DNA from: Patescibacteria group bacterium
GTDB lineage: Bacteria > Patescibacteriota > Minisyncoccia > UBA6257 > UBA9933
Assembly (NCBI GenBank): GCA_038062875.1
Contig: JBBTWF010000008.1
Location: forward strand, 1 to 63,150
Direction: 5' to 3'
Length of the DNA stretch: 63,150 bases
Part shown: piece by piece, positions 1-9,298 of the stretch
Position numbering within the stretch: position 1 is the first letter of the stretch
Layout of the letters: each line of letters begins with the position of its first letter
Notes under the pieces: generated by a model
Told to the model about the DNA's origin: nothing
Databases searched by the model: none
Seen by the model: only the letters and a program-made list of their open reading frames with translations
Position numbers and translations under genes: made by a program

Positions 1-1
1 T

Positions 2-589
2 CTTAATCCGTTAGGAGTGGCCTCTAGAATGAATCTGGGGCAGATTCTAGAAACGCACTTGGGATTAGCCAGTAATAAACTGGGATATCGAGCTGTTTCT
101 CCAGGGTTAAGCGGCGCCACCGAAGAAAACATCAAAACCGAACTTAAAAAAGCCGGACTTCCGGAAACCGGCGAACTGACTCTTTATGATGGTCGAACCG
201 GCAAACCATTTCCAAGGCCAATCACTGTTGGTTATATGTATATAATGAAACTCAATCATTTAGTGGAAGACAAAATTCATATGAGGTCAATTGGCCCTTA
301 TTCGTTAATCACCCAACAGCCATTGGGAGGCAAAGCGCAATTCGGAGGCCAACGTTTCGGCGAGATGGAGGTCTGGGCGCTTGAAGGACACGGAGCTAGC
401 CATATTCTCCAAGAAATGCTTACCATAAAATCAGACGATGTTCTCGGGAGGTCAGCGGCTTTTGAATCTATAATCAGAGGAGAAGATATCAAAGCTCCAA
501 ACATTCCTTCGGCTTTTAATGTGCTGGTGAGCGAATTAAAAGCTCTAGGATTAAATATAGAAACGATAGAAGAGGATAGAAAAAAATAA
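2..589 (+). CDS. rpoB: DNA-directed RNA polymerase subunit beta, C-terminal fragment (5-prime end lies outside the window)
   Basis: The frame is open from the window edge. [21 protein letters not shown] and [18 protein letters not shown] are conserved RpoB C-terminal blocks. rpoC follows 1 nt later. Confidence 0.95.
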   Translation, partial: LNPLGVASRMNLGQILETHLGLASNKLGYRAVSPGLSGATEENIKTELKKAGLPETGELTLYDGRTGKPFPRPITVGYMYIMKLNHLVEDKIHMRSIGPYSLITQQPLGGKAQFGGQRFGEMEVWALEGHGASHILQEMLTIKSDDVLGRSAAFESIIRGEDIKAPNIPSAFNVLVSELKALGLNIETIEEDRKK

Positions 590-590
590 T

Positions 591-3500
591 ATGAACTTTA
601 ACGCCATAAAAATTAAAATCGCTTCGCCAGAAGATATCAAAAGATGGTCCCATGGCGAGGTTATAAAGCCGGAAACCATAAATTATCGCACTCAGCGACC
701 GGAAAAAGACGGGCTTTTTTCCGAACGAATTTTCGGACCGACAAAGGACTACGAATGTTATTGCGGTAAATATCGCCGAATCCGCTATAAGGGAATTACT
801 TGCGATAAATGCGGAGTTGAAGTCACTCGTTCTTTGGTGCGACGCGAACGAATGGGGCATATTGAATTGGCCGCTCCCGTATCTCATATTTGGTTTTTGC
901 GCACCGTGCCTTCAAAAATCGGCCTTATTCTTGACGCGCCCTTACAAAAACTGGAAAAAGTGATTTATTACGCAGCTTATATAATTACAGAAGTCAATGA
1001 AGAAAATAAAAAGAAAACTCTGGAAGAATTGAATCGCGAACTTAAATCGCGGAAAAAAATCAGCCGTAAAACAACGCCAAAAACTATTAAAGGTTCCAAA
1101 AAATCCGAGGCGGATTTAAAAGAGAAAGAATTAGAAAACGCGGCTCTTCAAGCCAAAGAACTTTTAATTTCATTAAAGCCGGGAAAAACACTAAATGAAT
1201 CTGAATACCATAATTTAGCCAGACGCTTTGCCAATGTTTTTAAAGCCGATTCGGGAGCCGGAGCAGTAAGAAAAATTTTAGAAAAAATTGATTTAAAAAA
1301 ATCGGCTTTAGACGTTGAAGCGGAATTAAAAGAGACGAAAGACGCCGGACGAAAACGCAGACTACTTTACCGTCTTAAACTGCTCCGTTCTTTTAAGAAA
1401 AACGACATTAGACCGGAATGGATGATTTTGACTTTACTCCCCGTTCTTCCGCCCGATCTTCGTCCGATGGTAGCTTTAGAAGGCGGACGTTATGCCACTT
1501 CTGACTTAAACGACCTTTACCGACGCGTCATCAATAGAAACAACCGGTTAAAAAAACTTCTAGACCTAAAAGCTCCTGAGGTAATTATCACAAATGAAAA
1601 AAGAATGCTCCAAGAAGCGGTTGATTCCCTTATTGACAATACAGCCCGACTCGGCACTCAACAACAGCTCTCCAGCCAACGCAGGCCGTTAAAATCATTA
1701 TCGGACATTCTTAAAGGCAAACAGGGCAGATTTAGGCAAAATCTTCTGGGAAAAAGAGTTGATTATTCTGGTCGTTCGGTAATCGTAGTGGGTCCAAAAT
1801 TAAAATTAAACGAATGCGGCTTGCCTAAAAAAATGGCGCTTGAGCTTTTTAAACCTTTTATAATAAATAAAATTATTGAACGAGGAATGGCGCATAATAT
1901 CCGGAACGCTAATCGTTTAATTGAACAAGCGTCGCCGGAAATCTGGGAAATGCTCGAAGAAGTTATTGCCGATAGGTGGGTCCTTTTAAATCGCGCGCCT
2001 ACGCTTCACCGCTTGGGAATTCAAGCGTTTAAACCGATTCTTATTGAGGACCTAGCAATCAGAATCCCTCCTATGGTTTGCAGCGCGTTTAACGCGGATT
2101 TTGACGGCGATCAAATGCCGGTTTATTTGCCGTTGGGCAAAGAAGCCCAAAATGAAGCAAAAACGCGAATGGCGTCAAATCTTAACATATTAAAGCCATC
2201 TACCGGCGACCCTATAACCGTCCCCACTAAAGATATTGTTTTAGGATGTTATTTTTTGACTAAAATAAAGCGGGACGCTAAAAGCAGCGGAAAAACATTT
2301 AGCTCTTCGGAAGAAGCGGTTATCGCCTACAATCTTGACCACCTTGAAATAAACGCCCTGATTAAAGTTCCTAATCCAAAACCCGACGTCGGGACAAAAA
2401 AATCCGATTTAATCGAGACCACTTGTGGCCGATTGATTTTCAATCAAGTCCTACCTGAAGATTTTAATTTTGTTAACGAACTTTTGAACATGAAAACTCT
2501 TCAGAAAATCGTCTCTGATTTAATACAAAAATACGGCATTGAACCAATTTGGAAAATTTTAGACGAAATTAAAAATCTCGGTTTTGAATACGCGACCATT
2601 TCTGGAATCACTTGGGGCATGACTGGTTTAACAATACCGTTAGAAAAAAGAAAAATCCTTGAAACGGCTGAAAAAGAAATAATCCTAATTAACGGACAAT
2701 ACGAACAAGGACTTCTTACTGAACCCGAACGCAAAACGCGGGCAATTAGTATTTGGGATAAAGCCGGAGAAGAAATCGCAAAAATTGTTCCAGGCGCCCT
2801 TGACCCAGAAGGTTCAATTTACGCGATTATTGATTCTAAGGCCCGCGGTTCATGGTCTCAATCAACTCAGATGATGGGAATGAAAGGATTAGTACAAAAT
2901 CCAAAAGGTGAAACAATTGAATTGCCAATCAAGTCGTCTTATAAAGAAGGACTTGGCGTCTTAGAATTTTTTATCAATACTCACGGAGCGAGAAAGGGGC
3001 TGATTGATACTGCGCTTAAAACCGCTCAAGCCGGTTATCTGACACGAAGATTAGTGGATGTATCGCAGGACTTGATTACAAGAGAAATTGATTGCCGAAC
3101 AACGGAGGGGATTCAAATTAATCGCTTTGACCAAAATGATATCGGAAGATCGTTTAACCAGCGACTTTTCGGTCGCACATCTTTAGAGGATATAAAAGTG
3201 GAAAATAAAATAATTGTTAAAGCCGGGGAAATAATCTGCGGACCTGAATCCAAAATAATTGAAAAGTCAAAAAATGAAACAATAAAAACAAGATCGCCGA
3301 TTACTTGTAAAACATTGCATGGAATTTGTTCTCGCTGCTATGGCTTGGATTTAGGCAAAAACAAACCGGTTGAAATTGGAGAAGCTGTCGGTGTAGTAGC
3401 TGCCCAATCAATCGGCGAGCCAGGCACTCAATTAACCTTAAGGACTTTCCATCAGGGCGGAATTGCCGGAGTAGACATTACTCACGGTTTACCAAGAGTA

Positions 3501-4211
3501 GAAGAGCTTTTTGAAGCCAGAACGCCGAAAGGCAAAGCGATTTTAGCCGAAGATGACGGGAAAATCGAAGACGTAGAAGAGAAAGATGGACTAAAAATCA
3601 TAAAACTTAAAATAACCGAGAAAACAACGAAAACAAAAAAGAAACCGAAAATTCTCGAGTATTCCGTGCTGCGAACAACAACCATTTTCGTAAAACCAAA
3701 CCAGCAAGTTAAAAAAGGAGAGCAACTTTGCGAAGGGAGTATTGACCCTAAAGAACTTTTTGAACTTAAAAACAGGGAAGAAGTTGAACGTTATATCGTT
3801 AACGAAGTCCAAAGAATCTACGCTTCCGAAGGAACTCCTATAAATGAAAAACATATTGAAATAATTATCAGACAAATGTTTTCGCGAGTAATGATAAAAG
3901 AGTCCGGAGACACCGATTTTGTTATTGGCGAAATAACTGAAAAATCAAGATTCTTGGAAATAAATCAGGAAACAAAAAAGAAAGGCGGCGAACCGGCTAA
4001 AGCGAAAGAACTTTTAATGGGCATTACCAAAGTCGCGCTTTCAACCGAGAGCTTCCTTTCGGCCGCCTCTTTCCAAGAAACCGCTCGCGTCTTAGTGAAC
4101 GCCGCCAGCGAAGGCCGAACCGATTACCTGAAAGGACTTAAAGAAAATGTTATTATCGGTCGCTTAATACCGACGGGAACGGGATATAAAAAAGAAATTC
4201 CTAACGACTAA
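591..4211 (+). CDS. rpoC: DNA-directed RNA polymerase subunit beta-prime
   Basis: 1206-aa ORF with an N-terminal Zn-binding CxC...CxxC, the NADFDGDQM catalytic motif, and conserved bridge-helix and C-terminal blocks. A K/E-rich insertion lies at about aa 128-265. Confidence 0.97.
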   Translation: MNFNAIKIKIASPEDIKRWSHGEVIKPETINYRTQRPEKDGLFSERIFGPTKDYECYCGKYRRIRYKGITCDKCGVEVTRSLVRRERMGHIELAAPVSHIWFLRTVPSKIGLILDAPLQKLEKVIYYAAYIITEVNEENKKKTLEELNRELKSRKKISRKTTPKTIKGSKKSEADLKEKELENAALQAKELLISLKPGKTLNESEYHNLARRFANVFKADSGAGAVRKILEKIDLKKSALDVEAELKETKDAGRKRRLLYRLKLLRSFKKNDIRPEWMILTLLPVLPPDLRPMVALEGGRYATSDLNDLYRRVINRNNRLKKLLDLKAPEVIITNEKRMLQEAVDSLIDNTARLGTQQQLSSQRRPLKSLSDILKGKQGRFRQNLLGKRVDYSGRSVIVVGPKLKLNECGLPKKMALELFKPFIINKIIERGMAHNIRNANRLIEQASPEIWEMLEEVIADRWVLLNRAPTLHRLGIQAFKPILIEDLAIRIPPMVCSAFNADFDGDQMPVYLPLGKEAQNEAKTRMASNLNILKPSTGDPITVPTKDIVLGCYFLTKIKRDAKSSGKTFSSSEEAVIAYNLDHLEINALIKVPNPKPDVGTKKSDLIETTCGRLIFNQVLPEDFNFVNELLNMKTLQKIVSDLIQKYGIEPIWKILDEIKNLGFEYATISGITWGMTGLTIPLEKRKILETAEKEIILINGQYEQGLLTEPERKTRAISIWDKAGEEIAKIVPGALDPEGSIYAIIDSKARGSWSQSTQMMGMKGLVQNPKGETIELPIKSSYKEGLGVLEFFINTHGARKGLIDTALKTAQAGYLTRRLVDVSQDLITREIDCRTTEGIQINRFDQNDIGRSFNQRLFGRTSLEDIKVENKIIVKAGEIICGPESKIIEKSKNETIKTRSPITCKTLHGICSRCYGLDLGKNKPVEIGEAVGVVAAQSIGEPGTQLTLRTFHQGGIAGVDITHGLPRVEELFEARTPKGKAILAEDDGKIEDVEEKDGLKIIKLKITEKTTKTKKKPKILEYSVLRTTTIFVKPNQQVKKGEQLCEGSIDPKELFELKNREEVERYIVNEVQRIYASEGTPINEKHIEIIIRQMFSRVMIKESGDTDFVIGEITEKSRFLEINQETKKKGGEPAKAKELLMGITKVALSTESFLSAASFQETARVLVNAASEGRTDYLKGLKENVIIGRLIPTGTGYKKEIPND

Positions 4212-4230
4212 TTTCTAATGTCTAAATAAA

Positions 4231-4272
4231 CCCCGTTAGAAATTCCAACGAGCTATTAAATTTCTAACGGGG
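4231..4272 (+). terminator. 14-bp perfect stem-loop downstream of rpoC (candidate terminator, no U-run)
   Basis: CCCCGTTAGAAATT (4231-4244) pairs with AATTTCTAACGGGG (4259-4272) around a 14-nt loop. It begins 20 nt after the rpoC stop. Confidence 0.4.
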
Positions 4273-4279
4273 TAAATCT

Positions 4280-4307
4280 TTGACATTTAATTTTTTTTGA
4301 TTAAAAT
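4280..4307 (+). promoter_or_regulatory. Sigma-70-like promoter for rpsF-ssb-rpsR
   Basis: TTGACA (4280-4285), a 16-nt spacer, then TAAAAT (4302-4307). The rpsF ATG lies 7 nt after the -10 and has no SD. Confidence 0.4.
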
Positions 4308-4314
4308 ATACCCT

Positions 4315-4743
4315 ATGGATGAAAAAGACGTAAAAAACTACGAAATCGGCTTTCTGATAAAAGACGAATCTGACGCTCAGGAGATAATCAAGACAATCGG
4401 CGATTATAAAGCGACCATAACCAATGAGGGTCCGATTAAAAGAATCCAGCTGGCTTATCCGATAAAAAAACAAACATCGGCCTGTTTTGGATATATTTTT
4501 TTCTCGATTCTTCCGGAAAATATAATCAAATTAAACGATTCTTTAAAGATTAATTCAAAGATATTAAGATTTTTAATTATCACTCCTCCGATTATCGGAA
4601 CTTCATTGCCGTCAAGCAGGCCTGTCAGAAAAATTTCTCCGGTTAAACCGATTAAACCAACGCAACCGATTAAAAAATTTGAGCCAACCCAGATATTAAG
4701 CAACGAAGCGTTAGAAAGAAAATTAGAGGAAATATTAAAATAA
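4315..4743 (+). CDS. rpsF: 30S ribosomal protein S6 with a Pro-rich C-terminal extension
   Basis: YEIGFLI...RIQLAYPIKK...ILRFLII matches the S6 pattern, and the rpsF-ssb-rpsR order is conserved. I prefer the ATG at 4315 to the TTG at 4297. Confidence 0.85.
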   Translation: MDEKDVKNYEIGFLIKDESDAQEIIKTIGDYKATITNEGPIKRIQLAYPIKKQTSACFGYIFFSILPENIIKLNDSLKINSKILRFLIITPPIIGTSLPSSRPVRKISPVKPIKPTQPIKKFEPTQILSNEALERKLEEILK

Positions 4744-4744
4744 T

Positions 4745-5191
4745 ATGAATCTAAACAAAGTTTTCGTCCTCGGCAGATTAACAGCCGACCCGCAATTAAG
4801 AACCACGCAAACAGGCCACCAAGTGGCGAATTTCAGCATAGCCACCAATCGCGTTTGGACCGATAAAGCCGGCGCTAAACAAGAAGAAGTTGAATTCCAT
4901 AATGTGGTACTTTGGGGAAGGCAAGCGGAAATAGCCAGCCAATTTTTATTCAAAGGAAGTTTAGCTTTAATTGAAGGGAGATTACAAACAAGGAGTTGGC
5001 AAGACAAACAGGGCCAGAATCGGAAGACCACCGAAATAATCTGCGAACGCCTTCAATTAGGCCCTCGCTCTACTCAGCCCGGCGCTCCAAAATCACAAAC
5101 ACAAACCACTGAAGCAAACGTTCAAAAAGACGAACTACCGGCAATTGACATAGACGAAGAAGACATAAAACCGGAGGATTTACCTTTCTAA
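4745..5191 (+). CDS. ssb: Single-stranded DNA-binding protein
   Basis: OB-fold N-terminus (NKVFVLGRLTADPQLR, FHNVVLWGRQAE), an acidic C-terminal tail ending DLPF, and its position between rpsF and rpsR. Confidence 0.95.
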   Translation: MNLNKVFVLGRLTADPQLRTTQTGHQVANFSIATNRVWTDKAGAKQEEVEFHNVVLWGRQAEIASQFLFKGSLALIEGRLQTRSWQDKQGQNRKTTEIICERLQLGPRSTQPGAPKSQTQTTEANVQKDELPAIDIDEEDIKPEDLPF

Positions 5192-5195
5192 AAAT

Positions 5196-5393
5196 ATGCA
5201 ATGTTTTTTCTGTTCACAAAACTTAAAAGAGGTTGATTATAAAGAAGTTGATTTACTTCAGCGTTTTGTTTCCAGCCAGGCGAAAATCACCGACCCGCAA
5301 CACACCAAAACCTGCGCCAAACACCAACGATTGCTGGCTCAAGCGATAAAAAGAGCCCGGATAATGGGGCTGTTGCCGTTCGTTAAACGATAA
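5196..5393 (+). CDS. rpsR: 30S ribosomal protein S18
   Basis: 65 aa. DYKEVDLLQRFVS...KHQRLLAQAIKRARIMGLLPF is the S18 signature. Confidence 0.93.
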   Translation: MQCFFCSQNLKEVDYKEVDLLQRFVSSQAKITDPQHTKTCAKHQRLLAQAIKRARIMGLLPFVKR

Positions 5394-5402
5394 TTTACTT
5401 TA

Positions 5403-5945
5403 ATGGCTTTTGACACTGCCGCGTTTCAATTTATCAATTCTCTTGCGGGCAAATTTAAAATCCTTGACTGGCTCGGAATTTTTTTAGCCGATTATCTCGG
5501 ATATTTTTTAATTATTTTAGCCATTCTGCTTATCATCACGAAAAAGAATTGGAAAGAACGGTTTTATTTTTTCTCTTTAACCGCTCTTTCAATAATTTTA
5601 TCCCGTGGGATAATCACTGAAACAATAAGATTCTTTTATTCCCGTCAACGACCATTTTCGGTTTTGGAAATTCAACCTTTGGTACAACACGACTTAGGCG
5701 GTTCTTTCCCGTCCGGACATATGACATTTTATTTTGCTTTGGCTTTCTCGGTTTTTCTCGTTAATAAAAGATGGGGTTGGAGATTTTTAGGCGCGACTCT
5801 TTTAATCGGCTTGGCGAGAATTTTTGTCGGCGTCCATTGGCCGCTGGATATTATCGTTGGCGCGTTCATCGGCATTGCCAGCGTTTTATTGATTAAAAAA
5901 ATTCTGCCTTCTATTGATAAAGACGCCACGACTTTAGATAATTAA
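5403..5945 (+). CDS. PAP2-family membrane phosphatase (undecaprenyl-diphosphatase-like)
   Basis: Multi-TM protein with the PAP2 motifs RQRPF, SFPSGH and VGVHWPLD. Confidence 0.85.
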   Translation: MAFDTAAFQFINSLAGKFKILDWLGIFLADYLGYFLIILAILLIITKKNWKERFYFFSLTALSIILSRGIITETIRFFYSRQRPFSVLEIQPLVQHDLGGSFPSGHMTFYFALAFSVFLVNKRWGWRFLGATLLIGLARIFVGVHWPLDIIVGAFIGIASVLLIKKILPSIDKDATTLDN

Positions 5946-5972
5946 TTTTTAGACGATTTATAAAAAAATAAA

Positions 5973-6001
5973 AAATGGCGTCCGTAAACGGGCGCCATTT
6001 T
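5973..6001. terminator. Bidirectional rho-independent terminator between convergent genes
   Basis: An 11-bp stem AATGGCGTCCG / CGGGCGCCATT with a TAAA loop, an A-run upstream and a T-run downstream. Confidence 0.65.
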
Positions 6002-6009
6002 AGTCTTGC

Positions 6010-6267
6010 TTAGCAAGGATTCAGTCGCGGCCGCAATTCTTTGGCGGTCAGCTTGAAAATAGAAACAAAGTTTTTTAACCCGTGTTTGTCTTTGGTGTCT
6101 TTATCTTTGGGCACTTTGTTTAAAAATTCAAGCAAAAAGCCGTCTTCAAGTATCGAATCTACGCCGATAAAAACATAACGCTCTTTTAATATTCCGAGAG
6201 CTTCACTGGGCGTAAGATATCCTTGCCTAAGCGCGAAGAGTGTCTGCATACAGTAACACTTTTCCAT
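6010..6267 (-). CDS. Hypothetical small protein (85 aa)
   Basis: GGAGGT SD 5 nt before the ATG, and its own TTGACA-16-TATCTT promoter. I recognise no motif. Confidence 0.6.
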   Translation of the reverse strand: MEKCYCMQTLFALRQGYLTPSEALGILKERYVFIGVDSILEDGFLLEFLNKVPKDKDTKDKHGLKNFVSIFKLTAKELRPRLNPC

Positions 6268-6300
6268 ATCGCACCTCCATCAAGTTAAGTTTCTGCTAAA

Positions 6301-6328
6301 AAGATAGCAAACCAGTTAGAATTGTCAA
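6301..6328 (-). promoter_or_regulatory. Sigma-70-like promoter of the 6010-6267 gene
   Basis: On the minus strand: TTGACA (6328-6323), a 16-nt spacer, TATCTT (6306-6301), then a leader of about 27 nt that carries the SD. Confidence 0.45.
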
Positions 6329-6446
6329 CCATATCAACGCTCTAACCCATTAGAACGCTTTGATTTAATAAAAATTTGAGCGGCTTCGCCGCGATCTTTG
6401 ACAATTTCAAGTTTTTCTTTGGCGGCAACAAATCATAGCAGATTCC

Positions 6447-7187
6447 TCAAACTCTGAAAATTTTTAAGGCGAGGAAAATGATAATAACAGCCATGACAGA
6501 TAAAATAATCCAATCAGTATATTTTTTATTAATTTTTAAAAGGGATTTTCGTCCTATCCAAATACCCAACACCGTGAACGGAATTATATATAACAAGGGC
6601 AGTAGATCTGGAACGACTACTTGTTTAGTGTATAGACGCGCAACTGTTGCTACAAGAAAATTCGCAGATCCAATGATGGCAGTAGTACCGTGTACCTGTG
6701 ATAAATTAAGACCCTCGGAGTATAAAAAATTATTCCTCAAATCGCTACCAGCTAGGCCGGTGCCTTGCAAGAATCCAGATAAAAGGCCGGTCGTACTAAT
6801 CGCTAACTTGTTGGTTGGTGTATAGGCGCGATTATGAAAATGTTGCTTCAGTATTTTATAAAAGAAATATAGAGTGAAAAATAATAATATTAACAAAAGC
6901 GGTTTTGTATCTATTTTTACAAGAGATAACGCTCCTATGGTAGCACCAACTAAAGAGATTGGTAAAAGGGGTTTAATATATTTGAACTGTATATCTTTAC
7001 GGAAAATGTAAACACGAATTATTCCGCTCAATAAGAAATAAAAAGAGGCTAGAGCAATTGCTCGATGTGGGTCAGTAAGTATGGCTAAAAAGGGTGTTAC
7101 AGTCGCAGAGCCAGAGATGGGAACTAAAATATTAACAAAAGAAGAAAGTGCTAATGCAATATAAATAAAAATATCCAAAAAATTCAT
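6447..7187 (-). CDS. TSUP (TauE/SafE-like) family membrane permease
   Basis: 246 aa, about 8 TM helices, with the two-halves architecture typical of TauE/SafE. The call rests on motifs only. Confidence 0.7.
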   Translation of the reverse strand: MNFLDIFIYIALALSSFVNILVPISGSATVTPFLAILTDPHRAIALASFYFLLSGIIRVYIFRKDIQFKYIKPLLPISLVGATIGALSLVKIDTKPLLLILLFFTLYFFYKILKQHFHNRAYTPTNKLAISTTGLLSGFLQGTGLAGSDLRNNFLYSEGLNLSQVHGTTAIIGSANFLVATVARLYTKQVVVPDLLPLLYIIPFTVLGIWIGRKSLLKINKKYTDWIILSVMAVIIIFLALKIFRV

Positions 7188-7344
7188 ATGATTAAAAAAT
7201 TTCTTCCCCCAAAATCAAAATATGATTAGAGCCGATTATTTTTAACATATCATTATTTATTTAATAAAGGTATATCTACGCCTTTTTTCTTTTGAAATTC
7301 TCTCTATCGCTTTTTCGGCAATAATTCTTTTTCTTTTAAATAAA

Positions 7345-7427
7345 TGGGCGAGGTGGGATTCGAACCCACACGGGATTGCTCCCATAGCATTTTGAGTGCT
7401 ACGCGTAAACCGTTCCGCCACTCGCCC
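7345..7427 (-). tRNA. tRNA-Leu (anticodon CAA), class II with a long variable arm, CCA not encoded
   Basis: Cloverleaf: acceptor GGGCGAG/CTCGCCC, anticodon stem TAGCA/TGCTA, loop CTCAAAA, 15-nt variable arm, T arm GTGGG-TTCGAAT-CCCAC. Confidence 0.9.
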
Positions 7428-7475
7428 TTATTTTTTTATTGATAATATCACGGAAAAACGATATAGTAAATAATT

Positions 7476-8246
7476 ATGGCGAAAGTTATCAGTATTTGCA
7501 ACGCTAAAGGCGGAGTTGGGAAAACCACAACCGCCGTTAATTTAAGTTCTTATTTGGCGGCGCTGGGTAAAAAAATTCTGCTTATTGATTTTGACCCGCA
7601 AGCCAACGCCAGCTCAGGACTGGGATATTCTCCGAAATTAGAAAATGATAGTATTTATCACGGCATTTTCGGCTACGCGACAATTGAAAATTTAATTAAA
7701 AACACGACGATTTTCAACCATCATTTAATTCCGGCTAATCAGCACTTGGCAGGCGCTTTGATTGAATTGGTTGATTTGCAAGACAGAGAATTTTATCTGC
7801 GTAAATTTATTAATCGCCTCCGTCACCAATACGATTATATTTTTATTGATTTGCCACCGAGTTTAAGTTTGCTGACCATAAATGGCTTGGTGGCGGCTGA
7901 CGAGGTTTTAATCCCGATTCAGTGCGAATATTACAGCTTGGAAGGATTAAGCCAGCTTTTGGAAACGATAAATCTTATAAACCAAAATCTCGGCCAGCGA
8001 ATAAAAGTTGCCGGCGGTCTTCTGACGATGTATGATAAAAGAGAAAAACTTTCCAATGAAGTCGCCAAAAATGTCAGGCGGCATTTTCCGCATTATGTTT
8101 TTGAAACAGAAATCCCCCGCTGTATCGCTTTAGCGGAAGCCCCGAGTTTCGGAAAACCGATTATTCTCCACGAACCGAATTCTTCAGGCGCGAAAGCGTA
8201 CGAACGGTTGGCAAGGGAAATTATTGAATTAGAATTTAGGATTTAG
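7476..8246 (+). CDS. parA: Chromosome partitioning ATPase ParA/Soj
   Basis: Deviant Walker A KGGVGKTT and ParA family blocks, directly upstream of parB. The last 6 codons (ELEFRI) and the stop lie in a dispersed repeat. Confidence 0.93.
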   Translation: MAKVISICNAKGGVGKTTTAVNLSSYLAALGKKILLIDFDPQANASSGLGYSPKLENDSIYHGIFGYATIENLIKNTTIFNHHLIPANQHLAGALIELVDLQDREFYLRKFINRLRHQYDYIFIDLPPSLSLLTINGLVAADEVLIPIQCEYYSLEGLSQLLETINLINQNLGQRIKVAGGLLTMYDKREKLSNEVAKNVRRHFPHYVFETEIPRCIALAEAPSFGKPIILHEPNSSGAKAYERLAREIIELEFRI

Positions 8247-8304
8247 AATATAGAATTTAGGACTAGTTAAAACCCCTAAATCCTAACTACTAAATTCTAA
8301 ATCC
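8229..8304. repeat. Inverted copies of the TAGAATTTAGG / CCTAAATTCTA repeat family (parA-parB junction)
   Basis: TTAGAATTTAGGATTTAGAATATAGAATTTAGG faces CCCCTAAATCCTAACTACTAAATTCTAAATCC. The left arm supplies the parA C-terminus and its TAG stop. Confidence 0.9.
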
Positions 8305-8312
8305 TTTTATTT

Positions 8313-9293
8313 ATGCTCGGCAAAGGACTTGAATCATTAATACCGAAAAGGAGAGAGATAGCGGAAAAGCCGCTTTCGAAAGACGCCATAGTTTTGCCTT
8401 CTCAAACGGATTTTCCGCCTTCTCAAAAAACACAAAACAACGAGAAAAATTTCCAAAATTCTACCAGAAAATCATCGGACGCCGACGCTATTTTTCTTAT
8501 TGAAATTGAAAACATCAAACCAAACCCTTTTCAACCGCGGAAAAATTTTGACGAGGAGTCGCTTAAAGAGTTGGCGGCTTCAATCAGAGAATTCGGCATT
8601 ATCCAGCCGCTGATTATTTCAAAAATTGAAAAAGAAACAGAAATGGGAACATCGGTTGAATATCAGCTGATCGCGGGAGAACGACGTCTTAGAGCAGCTG
8701 AAATGCTTGGCTGGGAACGAGTACCGGCAATCATAAAAAAAATTGAGCAGAAAGCCGACCAATTAGAAATAGCTATTGTCGAAAATCTCCAGCGCGCCGA
8801 TTTAAATCCAATTGAAACAGCCCGGTCATACTCGAAGCTTCAGGACGAATTTAGTTTGACTCAGCGAGAAATTGGAACTCGCCTCGGCAAAAGCCGGGAA
8901 ACCATTGCCAACACCCTGCGATTATTGGACTTACCCACGGAAATCCAAGACGCTCTTAATAAAGGAATAATAAACGAAAGCCAAGCGCGTTTACTTTTAG
9001 TTATCAACGACCCGCTCCAGCAACAAAACCTTTTCAATGAATTGCTTGCCGAAAATCTAAGCGTCCGCGAACTTCGAAATCGAATTAGAAAAAACCAATC
9101 GCCTAATTCCCAAGTTCACCAATCAACCAAAGAAGTTGACATTGAAACTAAACACCTAGAAGAACAGCTTGCCGAACTTTTAAGCGCTCCTGTAAAAATA
9201 CAAAAAACAGAACAGGGTGGAAAAGTGGTGATTACTTTTTATTCTCCGGAAGAAATCAGAGGAATAATAGAAAAGCTAAATCCTAAATCCTAA
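8313..9293 (+). CDS. parB: Chromosome partitioning protein ParB/Spo0J
   Basis: ParB-box GERRLRAA and an HTH (SLTQREIGTRLGKSRETIANTLRLL). The C-terminus LNPKS and the stop are encoded by a repeat. Confidence 0.93.
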   Translation: MLGKGLESLIPKRREIAEKPLSKDAIVLPSQTDFPPSQKTQNNEKNFQNSTRKSSDADAIFLIEIENIKPNPFQPRKNFDEESLKELAASIREFGIIQPLIISKIEKETEMGTSVEYQLIAGERRLRAAEMLGWERVPAIIKKIEQKADQLEIAIVENLQRADLNPIETARSYSKLQDEFSLTQREIGTRLGKSRETIANTLRLLDLPTEIQDALNKGIINESQARLLLVINDPLQQQNLFNELLAENLSVRELRNRIRKNQSPNSQVHQSTKEVDIETKHLEEQLAELLSAPVKIQKTEQGGKVVITFYSPEEIRGIIEKLNPKS

Positions 9294-9298
9294 ACTAG
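9276..9298. repeat. CTAAATCCTAAATCCTAAACTAG repeat copy that holds the overlapping stop codons of parB (+) and rel (-)
   Basis: The parB TAA is at 9291-9293 and the rel TAG is the complement of 9290-9292. Both fall inside the repeat. Confidence 0.9.

Noticed and set aside
972-1386. K/E-rich insertion of about 135 aa in RpoC as a novel domain
   Set aside because: It lies at the position where lineage-specific beta-prime insertions are already well known, and it looks like a simple coiled-coil. It is not unusual enough to flag.
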